A DNA stretch of 42,227 bases, taken from positions 1 through 42,227 of the forward strand of contig JBFHEL010000001.1 in NCBI GenBank assembly GCA_041584155.1. Reading direction: 5' to 3'. Source of the stretch: Saccharicrinis sp. (GTDB lineage: Bacteria; Bacteroidota; Bacteroidia; Bacteroidales; Marinilabiliaceae). The position numbers and the translations under genes are program-made. Below the pieces are notes generated by a model. It saw only the letters and a program-made list of their open reading frames with translations. It had not been told where the DNA came from and searched no databases. Position 1 is the stretch's first letter; every line of letters begins with the position of its first letter. This document shows positions 19,751 through 27,768 of this stretch, in pieces.

Positions 19751-20626
19751 ATGAAAATATTATTTCCTTTTGAACTAGATAATCCCCTATATAACCAATG
19801 TTATGTATTTGCGGTCAAATTTGCACGACTCTTACAAGCAGAATTAATTATGCTTCATGTTTTTGATATTGAGTTAGACAATAATATTACAAAAACAAAG
19901 TATAATCAAATGGTTAAAAACAAATGGTTAAATGCTTACAACCAGATTACCCGTTTTAATAAGTATTACATTGAGCAACATGCCGATACCAATAATGATT
20001 TAAAAATAAGATTTGATCATCGGTTTATTCATGGAGAATGGTTAGGTGAGATCAGAAAAATACTTAAGATGGAAACAATTGATTTGGTCGTGTTACCCAT
20101 ATCTGAAGATGAGAAACAAAACAAGAAGCAGTTTAAAATTATTGATGATGATATTTTTGAAAAAAATACGGCTTCTGTGCTAGTGGTTCCTCCCAACTGC
20201 AATTATCAACCGGTAAATGAAATTGTATATGCTACAGATTTAAAAAAGTTAAATTACAACGACTTATATCTTAAAAACGTACTGACTTTTGCGAAAGCCA
20301 TTGATTCAAATATTCACTTTATACATATTACAAAATCACAAAGCGGTATTGACCCTCAAAATACTGAGGAATACAATACAATTATGAATATACTGGAAAA
20401 AAACAAGCAACATGTATTTAAGAGCTTTCACGGAAAAAATGTGATGGATGCCATACAGGATTATATCATACAAAGCAAAGCTGGTTTGCTGGTTACCGTA
20501 AAACATGACAGATTTTTTCTGGAATCCCTTTTTCACAGAAGTGTAACTGATCAATTACTACTAAAAGCAAACATTCCAGTTTTGGTAATGAGAGAAAAAG
20601 AAGATTTACAGGAATTGAAATTATAA
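19751..20626 (+). CDS. Universal stress protein (tandem USP domains)
   Basis: MKILFPF N-terminus, 'LIMLHV', 'IVYATD', C-terminal 'FLESLFHRSVTDQLLLKANIPVLVM'. Confidence 0.88.
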   Translation: MKILFPFELDNPLYNQCYVFAVKFARLLQAELIMLHVFDIELDNNITKTKYNQMVKNKWLNAYNQITRFNKYYIEQHADTNNDLKIRFDHRFIHGEWLGEIRKILKMETIDLVVLPISEDEKQNKKQFKIIDDDIFEKNTASVLVVPPNCNYQPVNEIVYATDLKKLNYNDLYLKNVLTFAKAIDSNIHFIHITKSQSGIDPQNTEEYNTIMNILEKNKQHVFKSFHGKNVMDAIQDYIIQSKAGLLVTVKHDRFFLESLFHRSVTDQLLLKANIPVLVMREKEDLQELKL

Positions 20627-20628
20627 AA

Positions 20629-21366
20629 ATGACACACTATCATTCAATAGAAAACGATCCGGAATATATCAATTTGCAAACAGAATTGATTAAACTTCAA
20701 TATGATATTGTAGAAAACAAAAAACGATTACTCATCATATTCGAAGGCAGGGACAGTGCTGGCAAAGGTGGAGCTATTATGCGTTTTATCCGCTTTCTTA
20801 ACCCCAGGTTTTACCGGGTAGTGGCACTAAACAAACCCACTGATATTGAAAATGGGCAATGGTATTTTCAACGCTATATAAAAGCATTGCCTAACCCCGG
20901 AGAAATAGTTTTTTTTGACAGAAGCTGGTATAACAGAGCGGTGGTTGAACCAGTAATGGAATTCTGTTCAAAAGATCAATATCTACTATTTATGAAACAG
21001 GTAGTTACCTTAGAAAACATGTTAATAGAAGACGGACTAAAGATAGTTAAACTATGGTTTTCTATTAATCCTGCTGAACAAAAAAAACGGTTGGAGGAAC
21101 GCAAAATAAATCCCTTGATACAATGGAAACTTAGTACGGTAGACATGCAGGCTCAGCTTAAATGGAACGACTATACCTATTACAAAAATGAAATGTTTAA
21201 ACATACCAGCACTGCCTTATCTCCCTGGGTAACCGTAAAAGGAAACATGAAAGATGATGCAAGAAAAGAAGCCATCAGGTATGTTTTAAATTCGATGAAC
21301 TATAAAGAAAAAGGAATAACCCATGAACGACTAACTCCGGATCCTTCAATTGTAAACATTCTATAA
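20629..21366 (+). CDS. ppk2: Polyphosphate kinase 2 (single domain)
   Basis: Walker A 'FEGRDSAGKGG', 'WYFQRY', 'FDRSWYNRAVVEPVM', 'WKLS'. Confidence 0.93.
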   Translation: MTHYHSIENDPEYINLQTELIKLQYDIVENKKRLLIIFEGRDSAGKGGAIMRFIRFLNPRFYRVVALNKPTDIENGQWYFQRYIKALPNPGEIVFFDRSWYNRAVVEPVMEFCSKDQYLLFMKQVVTLENMLIEDGLKIVKLWFSINPAEQKKRLEERKINPLIQWKLSTVDMQAQLKWNDYTYYKNEMFKHTSTALSPWVTVKGNMKDDARKEAIRYVLNSMNYKEKGITHERLTPDPSIVNIL

Positions 21367-21376
21367 AATTAAAAAC

Positions 21377-21417
21377 AGGCTGAAAAAAAACAATACAAAC
21401 AAAGTCTTTTTCAGCCT
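21377..21417 (+). terminator. Hairpin / probable terminator after usp-ppk2
   Basis: AGGCTGAAAAA...TTTTTCAGCCT 11-bp stem; weak U-tract. Confidence 0.5.
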
Positions 21418-21625
21418 TATAATGACCATCTGTCACCCTATTGTGTCAAAACACAGTAACACCTAAAGCATTCAGAAAAGTACGAGAATCTCTTAATAGC
21501 ATTGCATAATTCTCTTAATACTTAATTGAAATAATGATTTAATAATTACGGAGTGTTACTCTGTATTTGAGTCTGGAATTACCATACATTCACATGACAA
21601 TTTTAATAGATTAATAATGTGAAAA

Positions 21626-22195
21626 ATGAAAAGGTTAGATCAATCAAATAAATCAGATGAAGTATTAATTCGGGCTTATTACGAAGGCGATAACAATAGC
21701 ATTGAAATGCTATACAACCGTTATTATTTAAAAGTATTTAATAAGTGCCTGTCATTTACCAAAAACACCGATGATGCTTTTGATTTAACACAAGACATTT
21801 TTATAAAGGCTTTTGCTATAAAAAGTGGTTTTAAAGGAAATTCCAAGTTCTCAACATGGCTTTATTCAATTACCTTTAACCATTGTGTTACAGCTCAGAA
21901 AAAACAAATTAAAAGCAAATCAGAGCCTTTTGAGTTAGTTACGCATTATATACCTGACGATAATGATCTGTTTTCAATGGAAGAACGGAAAGAAAAAGAG
22001 GAAAGAGAAATGCAACTATTTAAAGCCTTGGAAGAAATACCAGAGCAAGATAAAAAATTGTTAGAATTAAAATACCGTAATAATTGCTCTTTAAAAGATA
22101 TACAATCGGAACTAAATATTTCAAAGAGTGCCATAAAAATGCGTTTAATGAGAGCTCGTCAAAAAGTTGGTAAATATTACGATAAGGCCATTTGA
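21626..22195 (+). CDS. ECF-type RNA polymerase sigma-70 factor
   Basis: 189 aa; region 2 'DAFDLTQDIFIKAF...FSTWLYSITFN'; region 4 'SLKDIQSELNISKSAIKMRLMRAR'. Confidence 0.93.
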   Translation: MKRLDQSNKSDEVLIRAYYEGDNNSIEMLYNRYYLKVFNKCLSFTKNTDDAFDLTQDIFIKAFAIKSGFKGNSKFSTWLYSITFNHCVTAQKKQIKSKSEPFELVTHYIPDDNDLFSMEERKEKEEREMQLFKALEEIPEQDKKLLELKYRNNCSLKDIQSELNISKSAIKMRLMRARQKVGKYYDKAI

Positions 22196-22364
22196 TGTGC
22201 TAATCATGTGAAGTAAAACTTTGGCTTAAAGACAACAGAACAAGTACAGAGAAACATCAATCGTACTCAGGTTGTTGTTAGTCTTTAGCCATTGGCTATT
22301 GAGCTGCTAAAAAATAATTTACAGACTGATAGCTGGTATACAAACATCTATAAATTGCAGAGGT

Positions 22365-22901
22365 ATGAAATCAAATATATTATTTCCCTTTTATCTGGAA
22401 AACTCGAGTTTAAAATCACAGAGTATAGCCGTTGAATTAGCCAAAAATTTAAACGTAGATCTACACTTGCTGGTTATCTTTCATAATAATGACTTTCTAT
22501 ACAACGAGTATCAAGAATGCTCTAATTCTAAGGATGAGTTTATAAATGAGTTATTTGACAATCTGAAGAAAAATCACCCGGATATTATTTTGGGTAATGA
22601 TAAACCCATTGGGGTAAGCGATGCCACAACAATTTATATATCTTTTGAAAATTACGCCGATCACCCATTAAAACAACGTCTATCGGAAAATTATCTCTGG
22701 ATTTTTGATTATGATGATTTTTATTCAATTATTATCCCTACGGGCTTTATTCATGATTTGAATCAGTATGAACAAAAAGTTTGGGTGATATCTAAAAACC
22801 AGAGTGGCATTTTAACGCAAACCAAACACCTTATTGACAAATATGACAGCAATACATCGGGTGATATATATTGGGATTCTCTGCCGTTGGATTTAATGTA
22901 A
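22365..22901 (+). CDS. Hypothetical protein with degenerate USP-like N-terminus
   Basis: 'NILFPFYLEN...AVELAKNLNVDLHLLVI' parallels the N-terminus of the 19751 USP ('KILFPFELDN...AVKFARLLQAELIMLHV'). Confidence 0.6.
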   Translation: MKSNILFPFYLENSSLKSQSIAVELAKNLNVDLHLLVIFHNNDFLYNEYQECSNSKDEFINELFDNLKKNHPDIILGNDKPIGVSDATTIYISFENYADHPLKQRLSENYLWIFDYDDFYSIIIPTGFIHDLNQYEQKVWVISKNQSGILTQTKHLIDKYDSNTSGDIYWDSLPLDLM

Positions 22902-22938
22902 ACCATTTAAAAACAAATAAATAACAAAAAATAAACAA

Positions 22939-22963
22939 GTGACCAAATCGTATTTTGCAGTCT
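22939..22963 (+). promoter_or_regulatory. Putative ECF-sigma promoter of hsp20 copy 1
   Basis: GTGACC-N15-GTCT, 51 nt before ATG 23015. Confidence 0.62.
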
Positions 22964-23014
22964 TAAAAGTGTGAATAAATTCCATCTTTGTTAAACAATT
23001 AAAACCAATCGAAA

Positions 23015-23443
23015 ATGTTACCAAAACTCAGAGGTTCAGCTATTTTCCCAGGTTGGGTAGATGATTTTTTTACAGCCCCAATGTGGCAAAATCCCGATGC
23101 CAAAATGAATTCCTCAATGCCTGCTGTAAACATCAAAGAAGATGACAATCAATTTAATATTGATGTGGCTGCTCCCGGCATGAACAAGAATGATTTTAGT
23201 ATTGATTTAAACCACAACATTTTAACTATTTCTGCTAAAAAAGAAGAAACCAAAGAAGATAAGAATACAAAAATATCACGAAGAGAGTTTAATTATACTT
23301 CTTTTCAACGCTCCTTTACTTTACCTAATTTTGTAAATAGTGAAGAAATAAAAGCTGCCTACCACGATGGTATACTAAGCATTACCATACCTAAAAAAGA
23401 AGAGGCGAAGGAAAAAGCGCCTAAAAAAATTAAGATTTATTAA
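23015..23443 (+). CDS. Hsp20/alpha-crystallin small heat-shock protein (copy 1)
   Basis: 'PAVNIKE', 'AAPG', 'RREFNYTSFQRSFTLP', 'YHDGILSITIPK'. Confidence 0.95.
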   Translation: MLPKLRGSAIFPGWVDDFFTAPMWQNPDAKMNSSMPAVNIKEDDNQFNIDVAAPGMNKNDFSIDLNHNILTISAKKEETKEDKNTKISRREFNYTSFQRSFTLPNFVNSEEIKAAYHDGILSITIPKKEEAKEKAPKKIKIY

Positions 23444-23563
23444 AAAAACAGCAAAGTATTTAAGCTTAAATCAAAAACCACATTGCCTGGCTGACAAACA
23501 ATTTTCAGCCATCTCATCGCAATAGGAATATGATGCTACCTTGAATATAAATTAGGGTTTTAG

Positions 23564-23596
23564 AACCGGGAAGGGCATTTCTCTTTCCGGTTTTTT
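23564..23596 (+). terminator. Intrinsic terminator after hsp20 copy 1
   Basis: AACCGGGAAGGG...CTCTTTCCGGTT stem followed by a T-run. Confidence 0.75.
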
Positions 23597-23676
23597 ATAC
23601 AATGCAATATCCCTTCATAATCATGCTGTTTTATAGGTTTGTTAAATAAACCCATTTTCTCAGTATTCGTACTTAT

Positions 23677-23780
23677 ACCGATTGGTTAATGGCCCGAGCG
23701 TTATATATGCTTCGCAATAACGCTGTCATTAATCCATCGGCATAATACAAAGTATTCACTTTATTATCAAAATGGTATTA
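23677..23780. repeat. 104-bp structured intergenic repeat, copy 2
   Basis: 97/104 identical to 10571-10674, same orientation. Confidence 0.9.
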
Positions 23781-24015
23781 CTTACCATAAAATAATATTG
23801 TAAAGAATAAATAATTATATAAATTACAACTTTAAATGAACAGCTGTTAACAGGATAAAAAAAATTGAAGATTGCTTCAGTTTTACACATAGAATATATA
23901 GCCTTGGTAATTTTGCTGAACAAATTGTTCTGAACCGGATTTAAATATTAAATTTAAGGGAGTTCCTGCCTGTACTTGACAGGTAAATGCACTTAAAAAC
24001 AAAATATAACTATAT

Positions 24016-24525
24016 ATGAAACATCTTTTTGTATTAATCTGTGTTGCTCTGCTGGTTTTTTCTTGCCAGGATCATCAAACATCTGATAAATCAGAATCTT
24101 TAACATGGATAAACAGACCCATACAAGAAGCAGATACGCTTAATTTATATCACGGAAAAACTTATTTACCGGTTTATTCACATATTTATCACAGAGAAAA
24201 CAATGCCACAATCAATCTTACCGTAACGGTTAGCATTCGTAATACTTCATTAAAAGATACTATCTACATCCAAAAAGCCGATTATTACAATACTCTTGGA
24301 CATAAAATTAGAGCATACGTAAAATCCACAACCTATATTTGCCCAATGGAAACAGTTGAAATTATTATAGCTGAAGAAGATAGTGAAGGAGGTTCCGGAG
24401 GAAACTTCATTTTCGAATGGCTTATAAAAAACAATTGCAATACCCCTTTAACTGAAGCTGTTATGATTTCAACCAGCGGACAACAAGGTTTATCATTTTG
24501 CATCAGAGGCAAGGATATCGATTAG
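24016..24525 (+). CDS. DUF3124 family lipoprotein
   Basis: Lipobox-like VFSC; 'GKTYLPVYSHIY', 'LTVTVSIRNT', 'YYNTLG', 'GGSGGNFIFEW', 'EAVMI' match the family pattern. Confidence 0.82.
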   Translation: MKHLFVLICVALLVFSCQDHQTSDKSESLTWINRPIQEADTLNLYHGKTYLPVYSHIYHRENNATINLTVTVSIRNTSLKDTIYIQKADYYNTLGHKIRAYVKSTTYICPMETVEIIIAEEDSEGGSGGNFIFEWLIKNNCNTPLTEAVMISTSGQQGLSFCIRGKDID

Positions 24526-24700
24526 GTATTAATTGATTTGAGTTACTTATTTTGCCCTTGTAAGCTCTTAAAAAATATTCAACAGCAATACAAGTGTGGC
24601 AAAGCATTATCAGTGTTCTATCCTTTACTATCCTTAAAGCCATCAAAAAAATACAACACAGTTAAAAACAAGCTCCTACACAGCAGTATTGAGCAAAATG

Positions 24701-25354
24701 TTATTCCAATAAACCTTTACTAATGGCATACTTCACCAAACCAACATTATTTTTTATCCCTAACTTTTCAAGTAGGTTTCTTCTGTGTGTATCGACCGTG
24801 CGAATGCTTATAAAAAGTTTTTCAGCTATCTCCTGATTAGAATATTCCTGGCTAATGAGTTTTAATATTTCAACCTCTCTTTTTGACAAGGGTATATCTG
24901 CCCTTTTTAATTTTTCTTTACCAGGATTCTGAATCTGTTTCATCAAACTCACAGATACATCCTTACTAAAGTAACTATCTCCTCTGGACACACATTTAAT
25001 AGCAGTCAAGAGTTCATCCTTACCTGCATTTTTGAGTATATATCCCTTAGCACCAGACTCTAAAGCCTGCATAATAAAATCAGGCAACCCTAACATTGAC
25101 AAAATAAGAATATTAGTGTTCGGATTATTTTTGGTTATTGTTTCAGTGATCTCAATGCCATTGGGGGAACCCATATCAATATCCAGAATAATAACATCAT
25201 AAAATTGAGCATCTACTAATCGTAATACCTCTTTTCCATTCGAGGCTTCTGTAATAGATTCTATTTCTTTCTCTTTGCACAAAAGAGCAGTAATACCTTC
25301 TCTAAAAATCTTATGATCGTCAGCCAGTAATATCTTTAATTTTTCCATGATCAT
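24701..25354 (-). CDS. NarL/LuxR-family response regulator
   Basis: 'ILLADDHKIFREG', phospho-acceptor 'ILDIDM', C-terminal HTH 'LSKREVEIL...IAEKLFISIRTVDTHRRNL'; ATGA overlap with the kinase stop. Confidence 0.95.
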   Translation of the reverse strand: MIMEKLKILLADDHKIFREGITALLCKEKEIESITEASNGKEVLRLVDAQFYDVIILDIDMGSPNGIEITETITKNNPNTNILILSMLGLPDFIMQALESGAKGYILKNAGKDELLTAIKCVSRGDSYFSKDVSVSLMKQIQNPGKEKLKRADIPLSKREVEILKLISQEYSNQEIAEKLFISIRTVDTHRRNLLEKLGIKNNVGLVKYAISKGLLE

Positions 25355-26346
25355 TTGCGTTTAAGCGGGATTTCAATACTTACAGCAGTACCTCTGTCCT
25401 TTTTGGTATCCAGGTTATACTCTCCCTCAAGAAGCTTTACTCTGGTTTCTACATTTGTCAGTCCAATACCTGGATGATTCTGCGGTAGTTTAATCTTATC
25501 AAATCCTATTCCATCATCTTCCACCATTAAAACAACACTCTCGCGGTGAAGAATGATTTGAACTAATATAAGTCTTGCCTTGGCATATTTAATTGCATTA
25601 TTCAATAGCTCCTGTGCGCATCGATATATCGTTAATTCAATATCTTTATCAAACCGTAATTCACTATCAATATTGGTATAAAACTCAACAGCTACTTTTT
25701 TAGATTCATTTAACTTGGATATCAGAGTATAGAAAGCAGAATATAAGCCAAACTCATCCAGAGTACGAGGAACCAGTCTGTGAGATAAGGATCGCAAATC
25801 ATCTGAAACAACATCAATAGTTTCACTTATACTTTTTAACAACTCCGGTTGAGAAACGCCCTTTCTATCCACTTCCTCTGCAATATTATCAAAACTAAAT
25901 TTTATATACGACAATAAGGGTCCAATACCATCGTGAATTTCCCTCCCTATCCTTCTCCTCTCATTTTCCTGACCCTCAAGAATAGCCTGAACGGAACCCG
26001 TCTCTACCTCTTCTTTGATATTTATTTTTTCTGCTATAATAATGATCTCCTGCTCCGATACCGATATCTTTATTGTATAGGGAACATTTGGTGAAACATA
26101 AAAAAGGAAGGAATAGGGCTGATGATTTTCCCTTTTACTCCTATTAACCTCATGGATAAGTTTTTGAAAATGAATATTTTCATATAGTAATTCTACCTCA
26201 TCATTCATTACTTCCCAAAACCGAAAAAATACTTTATTACAGAAAATCACCTTATGATCCAATGACAACACTAAAATACCCACAGGCAGCAAGTTAGCTA
26301 ACCTGTATTGTTGTTCAGCACTTAAGTGGCAGTTTCTTATATTCAT
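25351..26346 (-). CDS. Cytoplasmic sensor histidine kinase (HisKA_3) with N-terminal PAS-like domain
   Basis: H-box 'ERRRIGREIHDG', N-box 'ELLNNAIKYA', G-boxes 'DDGIGF' and 'GIGL'; N-terminal 'LPVGILVL...VIFCN' PAS-like; no clear TM helix. Confidence 0.92.
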   Translation of the reverse strand: MNIRNCHLSAEQQYRLANLLPVGILVLSLDHKVIFCNKVFFRFWEVMNDEVELLYENIHFQKLIHEVNRSKRENHQPYSFLFYVSPNVPYTIKISVSEQEIIIIAEKINIKEEVETGSVQAILEGQENERRRIGREIHDGIGPLLSYIKFSFDNIAEEVDRKGVSQPELLKSISETIDVVSDDLRSLSHRLVPRTLDEFGLYSAFYTLISKLNESKKVAVEFYTNIDSELRFDKDIELTIYRCAQELLNNAIKYAKARLILVQIILHRESVVLMVEDDGIGFDKIKLPQNHPGIGLTNVETRVKLLEGEYNLDTKKDRGTAVSIEIPLKRK

Positions 26347-26389
26347 TTTTCACAAAAACTAAATTCATGTAAAAATACAGTAAAAGAAT

Positions 26390-26415
26390 GTGACCAATAG
26401 CATGAAGGAGAGTCT
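26390..26415 (+). promoter_or_regulatory. Putative ECF-sigma promoter of an unannotated short transcript
   Basis: GTGACC-N16-GTCT. Confidence 0.55.
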
Positions 26416-26459
26416 AAATAATAAAGTTTTTACTAACAACTGATATTTAACTTTTAGCG

Positions 26460-26579
26460 ATGTCAAAATCATTTAAACGTGAAACGATGAAGAAAAAGGT
26501 GAAGAGCCCTCCCAGAAAGGAGAAAGGTTCCAAAACAAACCTCCGTTTTCACCTGTTAAAAGAAGTTGAAGAACAGTAG
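26460..26579 (+). CDS. Candidate small basic protein (39 aa)
   Basis: Hand translation MSKSFKRETMKKKVKSPPRKEKGSKTNLRFHLLKEVEEQ*; bracketed by a plus-strand promoter motif and a plus-oriented terminator; below the ORF track's length cut-off. Confidence 0.45.
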   Translation: MSKSFKRETMKKKVKSPPRKEKGSKTNLRFHLLKEVEEQ

Positions 26580-26631
26580 ACTTCTTATAAAGCCTGCATA
26601 AGGCTATACCTATCATTAAATTACATTTCTT

Positions 26632-26672
26632 GCCAGCTAAAGGGAGCGCCTTCCTTTTGGCTGGCTTTTTTT
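26632..26672 (+). terminator. Strong intrinsic terminator oriented on the plus strand
   Basis: GCCAGCTAAAGGGA-loop-TTCCTTTTGGCTGGC followed by seven T. Confidence 0.8.
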
Positions 26673-27087
26673 AATAGGTCTTTTCTAAAAAATTGAAGGC
26701 GTAATGATGAAAGAGTAAAAATGGAGCTTCAATACTTTCTATTAAGTGATAAATATGATTTATATCGGATAGTGCAATAACCATTAAGTGAGGTGTGTTG
26801 ATCGCACTATAATTTTGCAGGCTTCTATATAAACCTTTTTTTGTTATAATTACTTCATAGGCTATTTTCTTCTCACTTAGTATTCCATTAATCACCCTTA
26901 CCGAATCAAGTTTTAAAGCATTATCATTCCTTAGCTGATTAGTCTTTGTTTGCAAATGCGTATCTTCTGAATAACAAATACAACTTAACTTAAAATTGGA
27001 TGCAAAAGCCAGTTTTGAAGCATATTCTAGAATATATTGAGGTTCTGCATTTAAGTTTACCGGAACGATTATTTTTTTTAACGCCAT
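26671..27087 (-). CDS. Degenerate single-domain universal stress protein-like
   Basis: 'LKKIIVPVN...LEYASKLA' N-terminus and 'LMVIAL...IEAPFLLF' C-terminus follow the USP pattern. Confidence 0.6.
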   Translation of the reverse strand: MALKKIIVPVNLNAEPQYILEYASKLAFASNFKLSCICYSEDTHLQTKTNQLRNDNALKLDSVRVINGILSEKKIAYEVIITKKGLYRSLQNYSAINTPHLMVIALSDINHIYHLIESIEAPFLLFHHYAFNFLEKTY

Positions 27088-27107
27088 ACAAAGTGTTTTT
27101 TGTATTT

Positions 27108-27132
27108 AGACTTACAATAAATTTTAAGTCAC
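27108..27132 (-). promoter_or_regulatory. Putative ECF-sigma promoter of the USP-like gene
   Basis: Minus strand GTGACT-N15-GTCT, 20 nt before ATG 27087. Confidence 0.6.
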
Positions 27133-27161
27133 TTATTTAAAAAAATATTATAAGTCTATTA

Positions 27162-27186
27162 GTGACCTGATAGGAATATATAGTCT
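27162..27186 (+). promoter_or_regulatory. Putative ECF-sigma promoter of the PepSY-like gene
   Basis: GTGACC-N15-GTCT, 31 nt before ATG 27218. Confidence 0.62.
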
Positions 27187-27217
27187 CAAGTTTATATTTA
27201 AATTTAAACAAGAGAAA

Positions 27218-27646
27218 ATGAAAAAAAGATCGCTTATTATTACCATGTTACTATTTGCAGTAACCATGATGTTTGCTCAAGAAGTAAATGTTCCCAAAGC
27301 CGTTAAAGCTACTTTTAATCAAATGTTTCCAGAAATTAATACCCCGGTTTGGAAACAAAACAAGGAAAACTACCAAGCTCAGTTCAAGGATGAGGATGAC
27401 ATCACGCAAGAAGCTACCTTTTCTGCTGATGGTAAATGGATAAAGACAGCCAGCATCATTTATGAAGATGAATTACCCGAGTTAGCAACAGAATATATTT
27501 TAGATAACTACGAAGAATTTGAAGTTGATAAGATACGAAAAGTAATAACCAGTAAAGGAAATACCAGCTATACTGTTATGCTTACTGTGGGAGAAGACAA
27601 AATTAAACTATCGTTTAATGAAGAAGGTGAATATGTAGAGAAGTAA
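27218..27646 (+). CDS. PepSY-like / BLIP-like periplasmic protein
   Basis: Signal peptide; 'VPKAVKATFNQMFP...W', 'FSADGKWIKT', 'LPELATEYI...Y', 'FNEEGE' two-repeat pattern. Confidence 0.82.
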   Translation: MKKRSLIITMLLFAVTMMFAQEVNVPKAVKATFNQMFPEINTPVWKQNKENYQAQFKDEDDITQEATFSADGKWIKTASIIYEDELPELATEYILDNYEEFEVDKIRKVITSKGNTSYTVMLTVGEDKIKLSFNEEGEYVEK

Positions 27647-27656
27647 AAAAGATTTG

Positions 27657-27685
27657 AAGGGTGCCGGATAAGCACCCTTTTTTTT
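27657..27685 (+). terminator. Intrinsic terminator
   Basis: AAGGGTGC-7 nt-GCACCCTT followed by a T-run. Confidence 0.8.
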
Positions 27686-27768
27686 ACCTTGTGTAAAAAT
27701 GATAAAATAAAAAGAACACAAAGACGAAAGCACCTGTATTCTGAAATAAACCATACCAATCACAAGAT

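Noticed and set aside
24538-24723. 61-aa plus-strand ORF after DUF3124
   Set aside because: TTG start, overlaps the response regulator end, no motif
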